Source of the DNA: Candidatus Hydrogenedentota bacterium
Lineage (GTDB): Bacteria; Hydrogenedentota; Hydrogenedentia; Hydrogenedentales; SLHB01
DNA length: 64,000 nucleotides
Assembly (NCBI GenBank): GCA_963674865.2
Contig: CAXXYE010000009.1
Span: forward strand, 1,024,001-1,088,000
Direction: 5' to 3'
The notes beneath the pieces are model-generated. The model was given only the letters and a program-made list of their open reading frames with translations, did no database searches and had not been told where the DNA came from. Below, in pieces: positions 1 to 9,891 of the stretch. A program made the position numbers and the translations under genes. The stretch's first letter is position 1. Every line of letters begins with the position of its first letter.

Positions 1-522
1 GGGCGACAGCGGGATTTTGATCGCTGGCACGAATTCTCCGCGCTCCCGGACGGCGACATCTTCCAAGAACTCATCAGAAGGCCCTGTTTCGTTTGCCTGA
101 GTTCGGCGGCGCTGCTCCGTACTGCCGTCGAGGAACTTGGCGATATACCGAAAGAAGTTGTCTACTGCCCCGATTATTACCTCTTCGTCATGGTGGCTCG
201 AAACTACAGCGCGGCTCCTCTCCAGGATGTGTGTTGCTGGTATCGCCTACACGATGCCAACATGTCGCACAAGTATACCGTTCAGATACACGGCGAGATT
301 CTCAGCATTATCGAAGGTTGCTCCGATCGGGTCGATGGCGCGACGTTGTCGCGCCGCCGTAGAGTACACAACACGTTGGTGGGCCTCGAGGAGATACGCC
401 GCAAGGCAACATTTGCCAAGGGCGTTTTGCGTATACTTGGAAGAGGTTCCCTTGCGTACCTGTTCGGGAGGCCGTGGCTCTACGGATTTCGTAGCGCCCG
501 CCGTGGGATGCGTAGTCTATGA
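1..522 (+). CDS. Glycosyltransferase family 2, C-terminal part (5' truncated by window edge)
   Basis: Frame 1 is open from base 1: ...GDIFQELIRRPCFVCLSSAALLRTAVEELGDIP...CPDYYLFVMVA...WYRLHDANMS. This matches the GT2 C-terminal pattern (S+++RR, DY, YR.H..N.S). The stop overlaps the next ATG (ATGA). Confidence 0.75.
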   Translation, partial: GRQRDFDRWHEFSALPDGDIFQELIRRPCFVCLSSAALLRTAVEELGDIPKEVVYCPDYYLFVMVARNYSAAPLQDVCCWYRLHDANMSHKYTVQIHGEILSIIEGCSDRVDGATLSRRRRVHNTLVGLEEIRRKATFAKGVLRILGRGSLAYLFGRPWLYGFRSARRGMRSL

Positions 523-1376
523 AGTATGAAGCGCTTACACTCATCCGCTCGTTGGGAGTTCTGAGGCCCCTGGATGCCGTGGCGTATCTTATTGAGCGGC
601 TCCGTGTTGCGGGGCAAAACCGGGAGTTCTTGAGGGACTCGCCCGGTTTTACGCCCCCCCCCTATGATTTGGCGTTCGATGCCTTTCACCACTGCAACTG
701 GCGAAAATACCATGACGTCGGCCTGTGCCATGCTACGGTCTTTGCCCGCCTCATTCGGCAGAGCGTACCGCGTTCGGGCTTGGCGATTCTTGAATGGGGC
801 TGTGGGCCGGGGCGCTTGATTCGACACATGCCCGAGCTTCTTGAGGATTGCGTCGAAAGTCTTGTCGGCTCCGACTATAACCCGCGAAGTGTAGAGTGGT
901 GCCGCGCCCAGTTCCCCGGCATGGACTTCGTTCACAACGGCGCCATGCCTCCCTTGCCATTCAGCGACGGGCACTTCGACGCTGTGTACTGCTTCTCAGT
1001 TTTTACGCATCTCTCGGAAGCGGCGCAGCGGGCTTGGGCGGTTGAACTGCACCGCGTTATCAAGGCTGGCGGCGTCCTGATCTGTACCACGCATGGCGAC
1101 AATTACCGTTACCTGCTTACGAGCAAGAAGGATCGGATGCGCTACGACGCGGGTGAGATAACTGTACAAGCTCGCTATGGCGAGGGTAAGAAATGGTATT
1201 TCGCCTTTCATCCAGCGCATTCCGTACAGCATAATCTGCTGAGAGAGTTCGCGGAAGTACGCCGAGGCGACATCCAGGAAGCAGACAACTTGCTCCAAGA
1301 TGTCTGGGTGGCGCGAAAAGCCCAAGAGGACTCCGCCGAGGCGGGAATTCGACCTGACGAGGGGAACGGGGCATGA
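519..1376 (+). CDS. Class I SAM-dependent methyltransferase (polysaccharide locus)
   Basis: ILEWGCGPGR motif I, GSD motif II, PPLPFSDGHFDAVYCFSVFTHL, ELHRVIKAGGVLICTTHG. Confidence 0.9.
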   Translation: MKYEALTLIRSLGVLRPLDAVAYLIERLRVAGQNREFLRDSPGFTPPPYDLAFDAFHHCNWRKYHDVGLCHATVFARLIRQSVPRSGLAILEWGCGPGRLIRHMPELLEDCVESLVGSDYNPRSVEWCRAQFPGMDFVHNGAMPPLPFSDGHFDAVYCFSVFTHLSEAAQRAWAVELHRVIKAGGVLICTTHGDNYRYLLTSKKDRMRYDAGEITVQARYGEGKKWYFAFHPAHSVQHNLLREFAEVRRGDIQEADNLLQDVWVARKAQEDSAEAGIRPDEGNGA

Positions 1377-2551
1377 AGTTGGCCATTATTGGCGACAGAG
1401 GCATTCCCGCGCGGTACAGCGGCTACAGTACGCTGGTGGAAGAGCTGGCGGTGCGTCTGACGCGCGATTACGGAATGGACGTCACCGTCTATTGTCGAAA
1501 TCACTACTATGATGACAGGCCTCGCGAGTACAAGGGCGTCCATTGCGTCTATCTTCCGGCCCCTGGCGGGAAGAACTTCGAGAGCATTATCCACAGCAAC
1601 CTGGCTATGCTGCACGCTGTATTTCGCCGTTACGACCTGGCGTTTGTGGTCGATCCGGGAAACGCGCCTTTTGCTCTTCCGCTCGTTCTGCGCCGCGTGC
1701 CCACCGTATTTCACACCGACGGACTGGGATGGAAGCGGCAGAAATGGGGACGTCTGCAGCGGCGCTACTATAAGTTCGCCGAATGGGTGTGCGCGCGGCT
1801 TGCCACGTGGCTCGTCACGGACTCTCGCGCCATGCAGGAGTACTACAAGGAAGAGTACGGGGCGGCCGGCAGTTTCATCCCCTATTCGGGGGAAGTCGGA
1901 CAGCCACCGGATCAAGCCTGCCTAGAGAAGTACGGCCTTGAGCGAGGAGGCTTCTATCTCGTTGTCGCCCGCGTGGAGCCGGAGAACAACATTGATTTGA
2001 TCATTCGAGAATACCGCGCCGCCAACATAAGGCGGCCGCTGGTGGTTGTGGGCGCGGCACGCTACGAGACGCCGTATTCGCAGCATGTCTTTGCCGAGGA
2101 CGACGGCAATGTGCATTGCATTGGGAGCGTTTACGAATCGTGCATGCTTAACGCCTTGTATGACAATTGCTATGCCTATCTGCACGGCCATGAAGTGGGC
2201 GGGACGAATCCGAGTCTGTTGCGTGCCATGCAGGCTGGGGCGGCATGCGTGCCGCTCAGCGTGGTTTTCAACCACGAGGTTATGGAGGGAAAAGGCGTCT
2301 TCTTCAGCAAGGAAGCGGGGCAACTGGCGACGCTTCTGCGACGTCTTGACGGGAATCCCGAGGAAGTGGAGGCCCTGGGGCGCATCGCCCAACGGCGCGC
2401 GACCACATTTTACCGCTGGGATGCCGTGGCCGCGGGATATGCCGAGATGTTTCGTAAGGTGGTTGAGGCGCGTCGGGGCCATTCATCATGCAAAGTTCTG
2501 CTCTCGGACGAGGTCTACCGGCCTTGGGAGTTCCTGCCATCCGGCCAGTAG
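1373..2551 (+). CDS. GT4 family glycosyltransferase (DUF1972-type N-terminus)
   Basis: MKLAIIGDRGIPARYSGYSTLVEEL, DGLGWKRQKW, VARVEPENN, YLHGHEVGGTNPSLLRAM. ATGA overlap with the upstream gene. Confidence 0.92.
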   Translation: MKLAIIGDRGIPARYSGYSTLVEELAVRLTRDYGMDVTVYCRNHYYDDRPREYKGVHCVYLPAPGGKNFESIIHSNLAMLHAVFRRYDLAFVVDPGNAPFALPLVLRRVPTVFHTDGLGWKRQKWGRLQRRYYKFAEWVCARLATWLVTDSRAMQEYYKEEYGAAGSFIPYSGEVGQPPDQACLEKYGLERGGFYLVVARVEPENNIDLIIREYRAANIRRPLVVVGAARYETPYSQHVFAEDDGNVHCIGSVYESCMLNALYDNCYAYLHGHEVGGTNPSLLRAMQAGAACVPLSVVFNHEVMEGKGVFFSKEAGQLATLLRRLDGNPEEVEALGRIAQRRATTFYRWDAVAAGYAEMFRKVVEARRGHSSCKVLLSDEVYRPWEFLPSGQ

Positions 2552-2612
2552 CGCTGTCGCGGCGGCCTCCTATGCCGACGTGCTACACCGACAACAGAGA
2601 AACCGTAGGACT

Positions 2613-3785
2613 ATGAGTTCCTCTTTGAAAGTCTTGCACGCGTTCAACCGGCATCGAGGCGGCGGCGGTTCGGATAATGCATGGGATGCGTCGATTCAGC
2701 TCTGCCGGGAACACGGGCTTGACGTCGCGACGTTCTCTCGCGACAGCCGGGAACTGCCGGACGGTGTCGCCGGGAAGTGCAGGGCGTTTGCCGGCGGCAT
2801 TTACTCACGCGAAGCCGTGAGGGACTTCGTCCAGGCGCTGGAGTCCTTTCAGCCGGATGTTGTGCACGCGCATGAGTTGTACCCGCTGATATCCCCCTGG
2901 ATTCTCCCTGAATGTACGCGCGCGGGCGTGCCGGTGGTTATGACTTGTTACGACTTCCGCCTGACGTGTCCCATGGCTACGCATTTCCGGAAGGGCGAGG
3001 TGTGTCTCAAATGCCTGGGGGGGCGCGAGTATTGGGCTGTTCTTAAGAACTGCCGGGGCAATTGGGCCGAGAGCCTAGCCTATGCCCTTCGCAGCGCCGT
3101 GGCGCGCCGGTTTCGCCTGTTCACGGACCACGTCTCCCACTTCATCGCGCTGGCGGAGTTCAGCCGGCAATGGATGATGACGGAGGCGGGCGTGCAGGAA
3201 GACCGCATCGGCATCGTTCCGTGCGCCATACCGCTTCCCGAAGAGCGGTCCGAGCCAGCCAAGGGCGAGTACGTCGGATTTGCCGGCCGGTTTGTTCCCG
3301 AGAAGGGCGTCGAGCTCTTGATCGAGGCGGCGCGGAAGACGGGCATTCCGATCAAACTTGCCGGTAACGAGCCGTCGCATCCAGCCATTCGATGTGGCGA
3401 TCCCGTCGAGTGCGTGATGACGGCGTCTCGACAAGAACTCATCGACTTCTACCTGGGAGCGCGCCTGTTGGTGGTGCCCAGCATCTGGTATGAGGTCTTC
3501 GGGATTGTCGCAGCCGAGGCGATGAGCCTGGGTGTGCCCGTCATTGCCGCGCGCATAGGCGGACTTCAAGCCACTATCGAGGATGGCGTGACGGGCCTTC
3601 TCTTTGATTCCGGCGATGTGTCGGACTTGGCGGAGAAGATGGAGAGGCTATGGCACGATCCGCAACGGTGCCAATCCATGGGCGAGGCCGGGCGGATGCA
3701 CGTGGCGGAGCGTTTCAGCGGCTCTGCGCACGTCGCGGGCCTGCTGGACGCCTACCAACGGGCAAGGCAGTGTCCCGTCTATTAG
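2613..3785 (+). CDS. GT4 family glycosyltransferase
   Basis: Start reassigned to ATG 2613 (MSSSLKVLHAFNRHRGGGG) because the longer ORF overlaps the previous gene. Motifs PDVVHAHELYPLISP, DFRLTCP, FAGRFVPEKG, PSIWYEVFGIVAAEAMSLGVPVI. Confidence 0.92.
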   Translation: MSSSLKVLHAFNRHRGGGGSDNAWDASIQLCREHGLDVATFSRDSRELPDGVAGKCRAFAGGIYSREAVRDFVQALESFQPDVVHAHELYPLISPWILPECTRAGVPVVMTCYDFRLTCPMATHFRKGEVCLKCLGGREYWAVLKNCRGNWAESLAYALRSAVARRFRLFTDHVSHFIALAEFSRQWMMTEAGVQEDRIGIVPCAIPLPEERSEPAKGEYVGFAGRFVPEKGVELLIEAARKTGIPIKLAGNEPSHPAIRCGDPVECVMTASRQELIDFYLGARLLVVPSIWYEVFGIVAAEAMSLGVPVIAARIGGLQATIEDGVTGLLFDSGDVSDLAEKMERLWHDPQRCQSMGEAGRMHVAERFSGSAHVAGLLDAYQRARQCPVY

Positions 3786-3858
3786 GCGCCGCCGCGCACA
3801 GCAGCAGACAGCGTTGGCTTCGACGGATACGGGCTTGCCGACAAGGAGGATGGACGCA

Positions 3859-4119
3859 ATGTCGAGTCTTTACGCGGTAGTGCTGGGGGGGAACCAAACC
3901 GGTTCGCGTCTTGGCGAGGATCACGAAGTGGTTTTCGTGGTTGCCGATGACGAGGCGCAGGCGCGCGCCAAGGCGAAAACCAAGTGGTCGGGCAAAACCA
4001 CCGCGGGCCTGCATATCGATTCTCTGGCGAAGATCGACACGATCGACGGATTCAGGCTCCAGCTCACTCCCGAAGGTGAAGGCGATCGCATCGCCGTCAA
4101 TCAGAATTCATCGGTGTAG
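3859..4119 (+). CDS. DUF1543-like small protein
   Basis: AAGGAGG RBS at 3843-3849. LYAVVLGG...EDHEVVFVVA...AKTKW...GLHID...IDGF resembles one DUF1543 domain. Confidence 0.7.
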   Translation: MSSLYAVVLGGNQTGSRLGEDHEVVFVVADDEAQARAKAKTKWSGKTTAGLHIDSLAKIDTIDGFRLQLTPEGEGDRIAVNQNSSV

Positions 4120-7100
4120 ACTGCTCGCACCGCAATTCAATCAAGTGTTCAACCGCTTGTTTTCGGAACCTTTGAAAGAGTTCGGCGTCCAGTCGTGGCA
4201 CCGAGTCGTGGCGTGTGATTTCATATACCTTGTCAAGGCGCCATTCGGCCACCTTGCCTACCATCTCGTCGACGAAAGCTTGCGCCGCATCCGCCTCGGG
4301 GACAGAGCCTCGGGCTCGGGCCTCTTGCGCGGCCTCACGCAGCAGTAGTAGGACCTTGTAGTCCTCGATCCCGTCTCGTACGGCTTCCCAGCGGCGTGAG
4401 GGAACGACTTTGTCGCCCGCGGTATACACGATCGAAAACACGTCGCCCTCGTTGGGACGCCAGAGGTCATTGGGGCCGTATACCCAGAATCCCGCGCCTT
4501 CGGCTCCAAACATCCAGGCCATCCACGCGATGCCCCGGTAGTAGTCGAGGGGAAACAAGTCCTTCGCGTGGTAGTTCACGATGAACATCCAGTACTTCTC
4601 GGCGTTATTGTCGAACCATTCCACAAAGTCACGTCCACGGAATGGCACGTCGACGTTGGGCTGCCAAATGTCTATCAGTTCCTTGAATTCCTCGATGTAC
4701 TCGATTCGGGCGCTCCCGATGGGATTGGCATAGAGGCGCACCTCAGGATCTGCTTCCCGGATGCGTTTACAGAACGTGCGTAACGTGTCTATCCCCCGGA
4801 ATCCCCAGAGCCAGGGCTCGTCCATCGGATAGAGCGCCCACTGTTCATTGCCGTACCCGCGCCTCTCCAGATGACGCGACATCTCCCGCAGGGCGCTGCG
4901 CAAACCCGCGATGTGCAAGGCACTTCCTTCTTCAGGTTTGACGCCTTGCGGCCACTCGAGCGGTGGGGGCGCGTGAAAGAGGAACTGGAAGTGCTCAGGA
5001 AGCCGGGCCAGGCTGGCATCCACGTGCGCCCAATCGACCTCTTCCTTGAGGCGGCCCTCTGCGTCGAGGCGCATGGCGGGCAGTTCGGGGCCGTAGGCGA
5101 CGCTTACCTCGTGCGCCAACATGTCCTCGATCTGTTGATCGCTGACTTCGCCAACGTCGATTCTAGTCCAGGTCATCTGGGCATAGCCGCGCTCCGGAAG
5201 GGAGAGAGGCCATACCTCGATGCCGATGGGAACTTCGACGTGAGTGGGGGTGACGGCCAGATCCGAAAGATGGAGCAGCGCCGAATGTGAGCCAGGCGCC
5301 AGGTCCTTGGTGTCCGTGACGATCCAAAGCTGTTCGATTTGGCCGGGGGCGATAGTGATCGCCCCGGAATTATCGAGTTCCGGCAGCGCATCGTAGACCA
5401 TCTCTCCATATTGTCCCGGCACGGCCAGGATACGCCGCAGTTGGAATCGATTCGCGAGCGGAGCCACCGGCCCGGGCTGGTTGCCGGATTGCGCTGGACT
5501 CTGAAATGTGCAGCGAACATCAATCGGCCTACCTGTCAGGTTCAGAAGATTGAGCGCTATGGACTCCTTCTCATTCTGAAATGCATCGATCCTAAGCCCG
5601 GCTTCCGACGGTGGTCCTTCGGGCAGGGCCGTAGGATCGAAATGATTCCATGGATCGTCGTCTTGCCAATAGACGTACGCCATGGGCTCCCCAGTGCTCC
5701 AGGTTTCCTTCGCGATGTCTGCCCAGCGTTTCAGAGTGCGTGCGCTTTGGCGCAGCGCGTCAGCTTGTGAAGCGAGTTGCTCATCCGTCAGGCCCGTAGC
5801 GGCATCCAGGTAGGCCGAGGTCTCCTTCAGGGCGCCCAGGCGCGCAATGATGCCGGAAACATCCGCCGCCGCCATGCCCGTTTCAACAGCAGCATTGCAG
5901 GCTTTTTGAAGGCCGTCAACGCCCCAAGCGCTGGGCGCGAGCGGCTTGAGAGTCCAATGCTGTGCGGCGAACACGCTGTCGGGACTGGAGGTCATCAGCC
6001 GGGCGGATACTTCCGCAGCGGCCTTGCTCGCGACTCGGAAGTGGACCTCTGCTTCTCCCGTCTTCGCGGCCGCCCGCGCGGTGTAGCGTTCAACGGGGCC
6101 GCTGGGGCGCTCTATGCTCACCTCGAACAGCACATCCGCGCCGGGCGCATCCTGCCACTCAGCACGGATAACATTCTCGCCGAAGTAGAGCGGGCCGGCA
6201 TCGAACCGGACGCCTGCCGCGCCCTTCCGGGGCGGCGGCGTCTTGGATGCAGGGGCTCCCGGCGCCACGCGTATTGAACCGGACATCGCCGAGTCGCCGC
6301 GGAGGGAGGGCCAGGCGACTTCTCCCCGTGCCTTCCATGTCAGCGCGTACATGGTGTTCGGGGATTCGGAAACCGCGAGCACTTCCAGTTCGCCATCGCC
6401 GTCAATATCTCCAACGGCGGGGGCCATCTTCGCGCTCTCGCCCAGCGCAAGGCGCTCCTCGATTTCGCCTTGAGGGCCGATCACATACATGGTGGTTCCC
6501 GTGGCGAAGTCGGTGTTTCGGACGCCGACGATGGCTTCGAGTTGGCCATCACCGTCAACGTCCGCGATGGCGGGAGCGTAGAAGATGCCTCGTTGAGCCA
6601 GATCCGCGTTCCACAGCTCCTTACCCCCTGCGTCAACGCAATGCAGGCGGTTGTCCTTGTCGCCGTAGAGGACTTCGAGGACGCCGTCCGTGTTGATGTC
6701 CGCCGCGGCGATCGAGAGATAACTCGACATGCGGTAGGCGGCGGCCCACACCGGCTCACCCGTCCTTCCGTCGAGGGCGAGCAGTTGCGGCATCTGCCCC
6801 GTGAAGCTGCGCGTTATGAGCGCCATTGCATGGCCGTCGCCATCCAGGTCGGCGATTAGCGGCCCAGAGCGGCCAAGGGGATGTCCAATTGGACGCCACC
6901 ACTTGACGCGTCCCCATCCGTCCAGGCAGTAGACGTTGCCTTCGTCGGTTCCGTAGATGATTTCCAGGCGCCCATCCCCGTCGACGTCGGTGGCCGTGGG
7001 AGGGCCCGTCCGCGCGAGGCCGCCGTTGAAGCGCCAAAGAGGGATTCCCTCAGCGCTGATGCAGTGAAGCCATGCTTCGTCGAAGCCCGCGATGATCTCG

Positions 7101-7555
7101 AGTCCCTTGCTCTCCGCAACGGCATCGACAACCGCAATAGACTTGAGGTTGTCTGTGCAGCCGACATCGACTTTGGTTCGCCAGCGCCTATTGCCCAGCG
7201 CGTCGAGGCAAAGCACTGAGCCATCGGCCAGTGAAACGACTACCTCGACACTGCCGTCGCCGTCGAGATCGGCGGCGGCCGCCGGCGTGATGGGCCTGCT
7301 GTCGACCTCGAAGCGCCACCGCAGCGAACCCTTGCCGTTTATCAGCGCGATGCATGAACCCGCCGCCGCGATCACCCCTTCGGACTCCGCCGCGGAGGGA
7401 TAAAGCGTGGGGGACTGTACCTGTCCCTCGAATGGGAACTCCCATTCAACCGAACTCTCGGCAAATGCCTTGGGAAAGGTTATGGCAACGGCGAGGAGTA
7501 GAAAGGCCCCAACGACCCGAGGCGGACATACGCTTCCAGCATTCACCTTCTTCAT
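4097..7555 (-). CDS. Exported FG-GAP/PQQ-like beta-propeller protein with C-terminal DUF4091 (GH123-like) domain
   Basis: Sec signal (..PKAFA). Repeated ADLDGDG..EVV / DVDGDG.LEII motifs. C-terminal YPMDEP, IDIWQP, PSRRWEAVRDGIEDY. Confidence 0.8.
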   Translation of the reverse strand: MKKVNAGSVCPPRVVGAFLLLAVAITFPKAFAESSVEWEFPFEGQVQSPTLYPSAAESEGVIAAAGSCIALINGKGSLRWRFEVDSRPITPAAAADLDGDGSVEVVVSLADGSVLCLDALGNRRWRTKVDVGCTDNLKSIAVVDAVAESKGLEIIAGFDEAWLHCISAEGIPLWRFNGGLARTGPPTATDVDGDGRLEIIYGTDEGNVYCLDGWGRVKWWRPIGHPLGRSGPLIADLDGDGHAMALITRSFTGQMPQLLALDGRTGEPVWAAAYRMSSYLSIAAADINTDGVLEVLYGDKDNRLHCVDAGGKELWNADLAQRGIFYAPAIADVDGDGQLEAIVGVRNTDFATGTTMYVIGPQGEIEERLALGESAKMAPAVGDIDGDGELEVLAVSESPNTMYALTWKARGEVAWPSLRGDSAMSGSIRVAPGAPASKTPPPRKGAAGVRFDAGPLYFGENVIRAEWQDAPGADVLFEVSIERPSGPVERYTARAAAKTGEAEVHFRVASKAAAEVSARLMTSSPDSVFAAQHWTLKPLAPSAWGVDGLQKACNAAVETGMAAADVSGIIARLGALKETSAYLDAATGLTDEQLASQADALRQSARTLKRWADIAKETWSTGEPMAYVYWQDDDPWNHFDPTALPEGPPSEAGLRIDAFQNEKESIALNLLNLTGRPIDVRCTFQSPAQSGNQPGPVAPLANRFQLRRILAVPGQYGEMVYDALPELDNSGAITIAPGQIEQLWIVTDTKDLAPGSHSALLHLSDLAVTPTHVEVPIGIEVWPLSLPERGYAQMTWTRIDVGEVSDQQIEDMLAHEVSVAYGPELPAMRLDAEGRLKEEVDWAHVDASLARLPEHFQFLFHAPPPLEWPQGVKPEEGSALHIAGLRSALREMSRHLERRGYGNEQWALYPMDEPWLWGFRGIDTLRTFCKRIREADPEVRLYANPIGSARIEYIEEFKELIDIWQPNVDVPFRGRDFVEWFDNNAEKYWMFIVNYHAKDLFPLDYYRGIAWMAWMFGAEGAGFWVYGPNDLWRPNEGDVFSIVYTAGDKVVPSRRWEAVRDGIEDYKVLLLLREAAQEARARGSVPEADAAQAFVDEMVGKVAEWRLDKVYEITRHDSVPRLDAELFQRFRKQAVEHLIELRCEQSTPMNSD

Positions 7556-8275
7556 TTTGCTCCTCTGCCTTTCTTAACCTATCTGCTTAACTCTATCGGC
7601 AGTCGCTTCGCCCAGTGGACATAGGACTCCAGCGCGTGGCCAATGGTTTATGAGCGTACTTGGCAGGATCTGCTCTAACCTGCCGGCCATGGCAAGTTGT
7701 GGCGACGGTAGCCATCTGCCCGACGAGCCAGTCGAGTGTATCCTCCACTTTTTCGAGCGGCCTTTCAAATTCCGGCGTCCCCATGGCTGCCTCGGCCCTT
7801 GCCGGTTGCGTAAGACGGAGTCGTTTCCGGCGGGCATCGGATAGCCTGTCCCCGTCTAGTACCGCCCAGTAACCGAAGATATGGGGGCACGAAACACCTC
7901 TCTTACGGCTCCGGCAACGAGGAAGCGCGCAATCCGACGTGCTTCGGTGCGTTGCCGGTGCTGGGCGGCGTCTGAGAATTCGATTTCCCGCCGAAGGCAA
8001 ATCCGTTAACCGTGTGTCCAGTCGCGATCGGCTGCTATGTCGGCGGGCATGTCGACTTGTCCAGGCAGGGCCACCGCTGGCCTTGCGAATGGTTGGCAGC
8101 ATGTGAGGCCGATGTTCGGATGTCTTCCAGGCTGTTGAATCGACACCCGCCTTCTGGTTAACTCAGGGAAGGCCAATGTTGAGATCATGAAGGGCGGCAC
8201 GGATACCATTCCGCGCCCTTCAAGATACAGCTGAGAAGCTGGCAAGTTTTCTAGGTGACGCCGGGAGGCAAAGTG

Positions 8276-9778
8276 ATGCGATCTTGTGTATGTTTGATTC
8301 TCGCGAGTCTTGTGGCTGCCACGACGGCAGCTCAAGTGATACATCCCCCGCAGGTGAAAACCGGCGACCTCGACGGGAACATGCAACTGCTCAATCTGTG
8401 GGGCGAGCGATCTGCGCCGGTACAGCGGGCGTATGAAGCCGCTTACACCTTCCTCGCGGCGAGTCCCGAGGCCACCTTTGCTGATCTCGCGCGGGATACG
8501 GAGGTGCAGCGCCTTTTCTCCGAGGCGGGAATCACCCATTTCGGCGGGCCGATGCTGGGCTGCGTGCGCCCCGACGGCGCCACCGTCTGGCTCCGCACGT
8601 TCGGCCCGGCCAAGGTCGAGGTCTGCGTGACGATTGATGGGGAGGAGAAGCGCTTCGGGCCGGTTCAGAGTACGGAGGCAAGTGACTTGGCCGCCGTGAT
8701 CGATGTCGTGGGACTGCAATCCGGCAGACGCTATCCCTACCAAGTGCTCGTGGATGGCAAGCCGATTGTGGCCGCGCCGGGCGCCCTCCTAACTGCGCCT
8801 GCCTCCGCCGAGTCCAAGGTGCGCATTGCCTTTGGCTCGTGCTATCACCGCTGGGGATTGGGCAATCGCTTGCAGGCGGAGACGCTTTGCGCACGTGGGC
8901 CGAACGCGCTCGTGCTGATGGGCGATATCGCCGTGCAGGATCGACGAAACCACCTCGGCCTGCACCGGGCCGACTATCTCCTGCGCGATTTCATGCCCGC
9001 ATGGCAAGAGACCGCCGCTTCGATTCCGGTGTATGCGACGTGGGACGATCATGATTACTTCAAGAACGACGGATGGGGTATCCCGGAGGGGCATACCAAC
9101 AAAGATCGGCAAGGAGTCTGGGAAGTCTTCCGGTACGCCTGGAACAATCCATCCTGGGGATACAACGATGAGCGCCGCGGCGTCTTCCTCCGCACGCGCG
9201 TGGGGTGCTGCGACATCATCATGGTGGACCACCGCTACTTCCGTACGGCGCGGGAACGGGATAAGAGCGGCAACCTGCTCGGGCCGGAGCAGATGCAGTG
9301 GCTGGAAGCGCAGTTGCTGGATTGCAGGGGGCCGTTCATCATTCTCTCATGCGGCACGATGTGGAGCGACTACGTAAGCAACGGCAAGGACTCGTGGGGC
9401 GTTTACGATCCTGACGCGCGCGAGCAGATCTTCAGTTTCATCGAGGAGCAGCGGATTCCGGGTGTGCTCTTGACCTCGGGCGATCGCCACGGCGCGCGTG
9501 TCTTCACCATTCCGCGGCCTTCAGGCTACAAATTCTACGAGTTCGAGCCCGCAAGTCTGGGCGGCCGCGGCGACGGGCCGCCCGCCACGGATCCTGAGTG
9601 GAGGACGCAGCTCTTCGGCGTGATAGGCGAATACGCCTTTGGCGAGTTCACGTTCGACGCCACTGTTCCGGAGCCAGTGGCCGTGTGCCGGCTCGTCCGC
9701 TATGACGATGAGGTGCTCTATGAGATTGAGCTTACGCGAAGCCAACTGACTCCTCCGGAACATGGGCACCAGGAGTAG
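8276..9778 (+). CDS. Alkaline phosphatase D (PhoD) family metallophosphoesterase, exported
   Basis: Signal peptide. RIAFGSC, LMGD, ATWDDHDY, VDHRYFR, LLGPEQMQWL, KDSW, LTSGDRH. Confidence 0.88.
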   Translation: MRSCVCLILASLVAATTAAQVIHPPQVKTGDLDGNMQLLNLWGERSAPVQRAYEAAYTFLAASPEATFADLARDTEVQRLFSEAGITHFGGPMLGCVRPDGATVWLRTFGPAKVEVCVTIDGEEKRFGPVQSTEASDLAAVIDVVGLQSGRRYPYQVLVDGKPIVAAPGALLTAPASAESKVRIAFGSCYHRWGLGNRLQAETLCARGPNALVLMGDIAVQDRRNHLGLHRADYLLRDFMPAWQETAASIPVYATWDDHDYFKNDGWGIPEGHTNKDRQGVWEVFRYAWNNPSWGYNDERRGVFLRTRVGCCDIIMVDHRYFRTARERDKSGNLLGPEQMQWLEAQLLDCRGPFIILSCGTMWSDYVSNGKDSWGVYDPDAREQIFSFIEEQRIPGVLLTSGDRHGARVFTIPRPSGYKFYEFEPASLGGRGDGPPATDPEWRTQLFGVIGEYAFGEFTFDATVPEPVAVCRLVRYDDEVLYEIELTRSQLTPPEHGHQE

Positions 9779-9797
9779 CGGGCCTCAAGCCCGCTAC
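9775..9797. repeat. GTAG-flanked hairpin (REP-like or terminator) at the PhoD stop
   Basis: GTAGCGGGC-CTCAA-GCCCGCTAC, a perfect 9-bp stem with no U-tract. Confidence 0.5.
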
Positions 9798-9891
9798 ACA
9801 ATCTCAAGTTCGATTCTACGTCACCGTCGAATCCCGTTCATCGCTTGAGCCAATTGCGGCGGTTTGTGGCCGGCAGGGGCCGGAGGAAGGA

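Noticed and set aside
2046..2612. N-terminal extension of the 579-aa GT4 ORF
   Set aside because: It overlaps the preceding GT gene in another frame. GT homology begins at ATG 2613.
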